NCBI GenBank assembly: GCA_964016885.1
Contig: CAXHJY010000096.1
Span: forward strand, 1,984,001 to 2,048,000
Direction of reading: 5' to 3'
DNA length: 64,000 nt
Origin: Eledone cirrhosa
Taxonomy: Eukaryota
Shown here: one piece after another, positions 61,681 to 64,000 of the stretch
How positions within the stretch are numbered: position 1 is the first letter of the stretch
Layout: each line of letters begins with the position of its first letter
The notes under the pieces: generated by a model
What the model saw: only the letters and a program-made list of their open reading frames with translations
What the model was told of the DNA's origin: nothing
The model's database searches: none
Translations under genes and position numbers: made by a program

Positions 61681-64000
61681 AAAAAATAAATCAGGGGGAG
61701 TTAATTTGTAAAAAAAAATGAGGGGGAGATAATTTGTAAAAAAAATCAAGGGGAGATAATTTCCAGCCGTCCAAGGGGAGATAATTTTCAGCCGTCCAAG
61801 GAGAGGTAATTTCTAGCCGTCCAAGGGGAGATAATTTCCAGCCGTCCAAGGGGAGGTAATTTCCAGCCGTCCAAGGGGAGATAAATTAAAAAAAAAATCA
61901 GGCGGAGATAATTTGTAAAAAAAATCAAGGGGAGATAATTTGCAGCCGTCCAATGGGAGATAATTTTCAGTCGTCCAAGGAGAGGTAATTTCTAGCCGTC
62001 CAAGGGGAGATAATTTCCAGCCGTCCAAGGGGAGATAATTTCCAGCCGTCCAAGGGGAGATAATTTTTTTTTAAAAATCAGGCGGAGATAATTTGTAAAA
62101 AAAATCAGGGGGAGATAATTTGTAAACAAAATCAGGGGGAGATAATTTGTAAAAAAAAATCAGGGGGAGATAATTTGTAAAAAAAATTAGGCGTAGGTAA
62201 TTTGTAAAAAAAAATCAGGGGGAGATAATTTGTAAAAAAAAATCAGGGGGAGATAATTTGTTTAAAAAATCAAGGGGAGATAATTTGCAGCCGTCCAAGG
62301 GGAGATAATTTTCAGCCGTCCAAGGAGAGGTAATTTCTAGCCGTTCAAGGGGAGATAATTTCCAGCCGTCCAAGGGGAGATAATTTCCAGCCGTCCAAGG
62401 GGAGATAATTTTTTTTAAAAAATCAGGCGGAGATAATTTGTAAAAAAAAATCAGGGGGAGATAATTCGTAAAAAAAAATCAGGGGGAGATAATTTGTAAA
62501 AAAAAATCAGGGGGAGATAATTTGTAAAAAAAATCAAGGGGAGATAATTTCCAGCCGTCCAAGGGGAGGTAATATCTAGCCGTCCAAGGGGAGATAATTT
62601 CCAGCCGTCCAAGGGGAGATAATTTCCAGCCGTCCAAGGGGAGATAATTTCCAGCCGTCCAAGGAGACATATTTTCCAGCCGTCCAAGGCGAGGTAATTT
62701 CTAGCCGTCCAAGGGGAGATAAATTCCAGCCTCCAAGGGGAGATAATTTCCAGCCAGCCAAGGGGAGATAATTTGTAAAAAAATCAGGGGGAGATAATTT
62801 GTAAAAAATATCAGGGAGATAATTTGTAAAAAAAAATCAGGGGGAGATAATTTGTAAAAAAAATCAGGGGGAGATAATTTGTAAAAAAAAATCAGGGGGA
62901 GATAATTTGTAAAAAAAATCAAGGGGAGATAATTTCCAGCCGTCCAAGGGGAGATAATTTTCAGCCGTCCAAGGAGAGGTAATTTCTAGCCGTCCGAGGA
63001 GAGATAATTTCCAGCCGTCCAAGGGGAGATAATTTCCAGCCGTCCAAGGGGAGATAATTTCCAGCCGTCCAAGGAGACATATTTTCCAGCCGTCCAAGGA
63101 GAGGTAATTTCTAGCCGTCCAAGGGGAGATAAATTCCAGCCTCCAAGGGGAGTTAATTTCCAGCCAGCCAAGGGGAGATAATTTGTAAAAAAATCAGGGG
63201 GAGATAATTTGCAAAAAAAATCAGGGGGAGATAATTTGTAAAAAAATCAGGGGGAGATAATTTGTAAAAAATAATCAGGGGGAGATAATTTCCAGCCGTC
63301 GAAGGGGAGATAATTTAAAAAAAAATCAGGCGGAGATAATTTGTAAAAAAAAATCAGGGGGAGATAATTTGTAAAAAAAAATCAGGGGGAGATAATTTGT
63401 AAAATAAATCAAGGGGAGATAATTTCCAGCCGTCCAAGGGGAGATAATTTTCAGCCGTCCAAGGGGAGATAATTTCCCGCCAGCCAAGGGAAGATAATAT
63501 TTAAAAAAATCAGGCGGAGATAATTTGTAAAAAAAATCAGGGGGAGATAATTTGTAAAAAAATCAGGGGGAGATAATTTGTAAAAAAAAATCAGGGGGCG
63601 ATAATTTGTAAAAAAAATCAGGGGGAGATAATTTGTAAAAAAAAATCAGGGGGAGATAATTTGTAAAAAAAAATCAGGGGGAGATAATTTGTAAAAAAAA
63701 TGAAAGGGGAGATAATATCCAGCCGTCCAAGGGGAGATAATTTCCAGCCGTCCAAGGGGAGATAATTTCCAGCCGTCCAAGGGGAGATAATTTCCATCCT
63801 TCCAAGGGGATATAATTTCCAGCCGTCCAAGGGGAGATAATTTCCATCCTTCCAAGGGGATATAATTTCCAGCCGTCCAAGGGGAGATAATTTTCAGCCG
63901 TCCAAGGAGAGGTAATTTCTAGCCGTCCAAGGAGAGATAATTTCCAGCCGTCCAAGGGGAGATAATTTCCAGCCGTCCAAGGGGAGATAATTTCCAGCCG
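60400..64000 (+). repeat. Long-range near-identical copy of ~29,000-32,599 (offset 31,401 bp)
   Basis: ORF pairs 29036/60437, 29694/61095, 30412/61813, 31050/62451, 31585/62986 and 32217/63618 are all 31,401 apart. Private variants are shared: CCAATGGG (T at 30553/61954) and GAGTTAATTTCC (T at 31752/63153). Confidence 0.93.

Larger units (their letters stand above)
1..64000 (+). repeat. Two-monomer (25 bp / 26-28 bp) tandem satellite array, single orientation, extends beyond both window edges
   Basis: Every line is built from variants of CAAGGGGAGATAATTTCCAGCCGTC (A) or CAGGGGGAGATAATTTGT(A)nT (B). About 2,400-2,500 monomers are estimated from 64,000/~26. No reverse-complement monomers or non-repeat sequence were seen. 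Confidence 0.99.

Noticed and set aside
593-63955. Roughly 190 short minus-strand ORFs (e.g. MDGWKLSPLGRLEIISPWTAGNYLPL...)
   Set aside because: They are the repeat read in rotating frames: a 25-bp monomer gives a 25-aa cycle over three monomers. The + strand has TAA in every core, while the - strand A consensus has no stop. The ORFs overlap in several frames, mostly start at TTG, are at most 191 aa, are broken by A-tract length changes and show no recognisable domain.
1-64000. CRISPR-like array (constant core plus variable segment)
   Set aside because: The constant part is only 16 bp, and the variable part is 9-13 bp of just two recurring types. There are no unique spacers, leader or cas genes.
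1-64000. Telomerase-made long telomeric repeat (G-rich strand, ~25 bp as in some budding yeasts)
   Set aside because: I recognise no match to a telomere repeat. Variants are propagated in multi-kb HORs, which indicates recombinational copying rather than templated addition. A recombination-maintained subtelomeric location is not excluded.
1-64000. GGAG/AGGAG Shine-Dalgarno-like motifs and iteron-like direct repeats
   Set aside because: The motifs are followed by TAA rather than by open frames. There is no rep gene or prokaryotic gene context, and the scale is far beyond iteron arrays.
1-64000. Whole window as a sequencing or assembly artefact, or a synthetic concatemer
   Set aside because: Hierarchically shared private variants, exact multi-kb offsets and copy-specific substitutions fit natural satellite evolution. 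Exact copy numbers of the youngest duplications still need read support.
1-64000. Assignment to a named satellite family or organism, or a firm centromere call
   Set aside because: I do not recognise the monomer, and I saw no CENP-B box or other diagnostic motif. This needs a database search and CENH3 data.

Overview
The whole 64-kb window is one uninterrupted, single-orientation tandem satellite array. I see no credible genes, RNA genes, transposon insertions, unique sequence or inversions. It is built from two related short monomers that share a 16-bp core, CA(A/G)GGGGAGATAATTT. Type A is CAAGGGGAGATAATTTCCAGCCGTC (25 bp, 13/25 GC, one CpG). Type B is CAGGGGGAGATAATTTGT(A)7-11T (mostly 26-28 bp, about 30% GC, A-tract, no CpG). 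The monomers occur in alternating runs, and run boundaries are marked by stereotyped variant or hybrid monomers, so the array reads as a two-letter string with a grammar. Runs form reusable cassettes that are shuffled into successive higher-order repeats (HORs) with periods of about 6.8 kb (1-23 kb), 6.3-6.75 kb (24-35 kb), 6,177 bp (38.5-52.7 kb) and 5,310 bp (51-61.7 kb). There is also a 31,401-bp long-range copy and nested 98/217/411/498/744-bp duplications. All listed ORFs are minus-strand read-throughs of the repeat and are judged spurious. The architecture resembles eukaryotic centromeric, pericentromeric or subtelomeric satellite, but organism and function cannot be determined from sequence alone. 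Offsets were derived by hand from ORF-track coordinates and diagnostic variants; domain edges are approximate.
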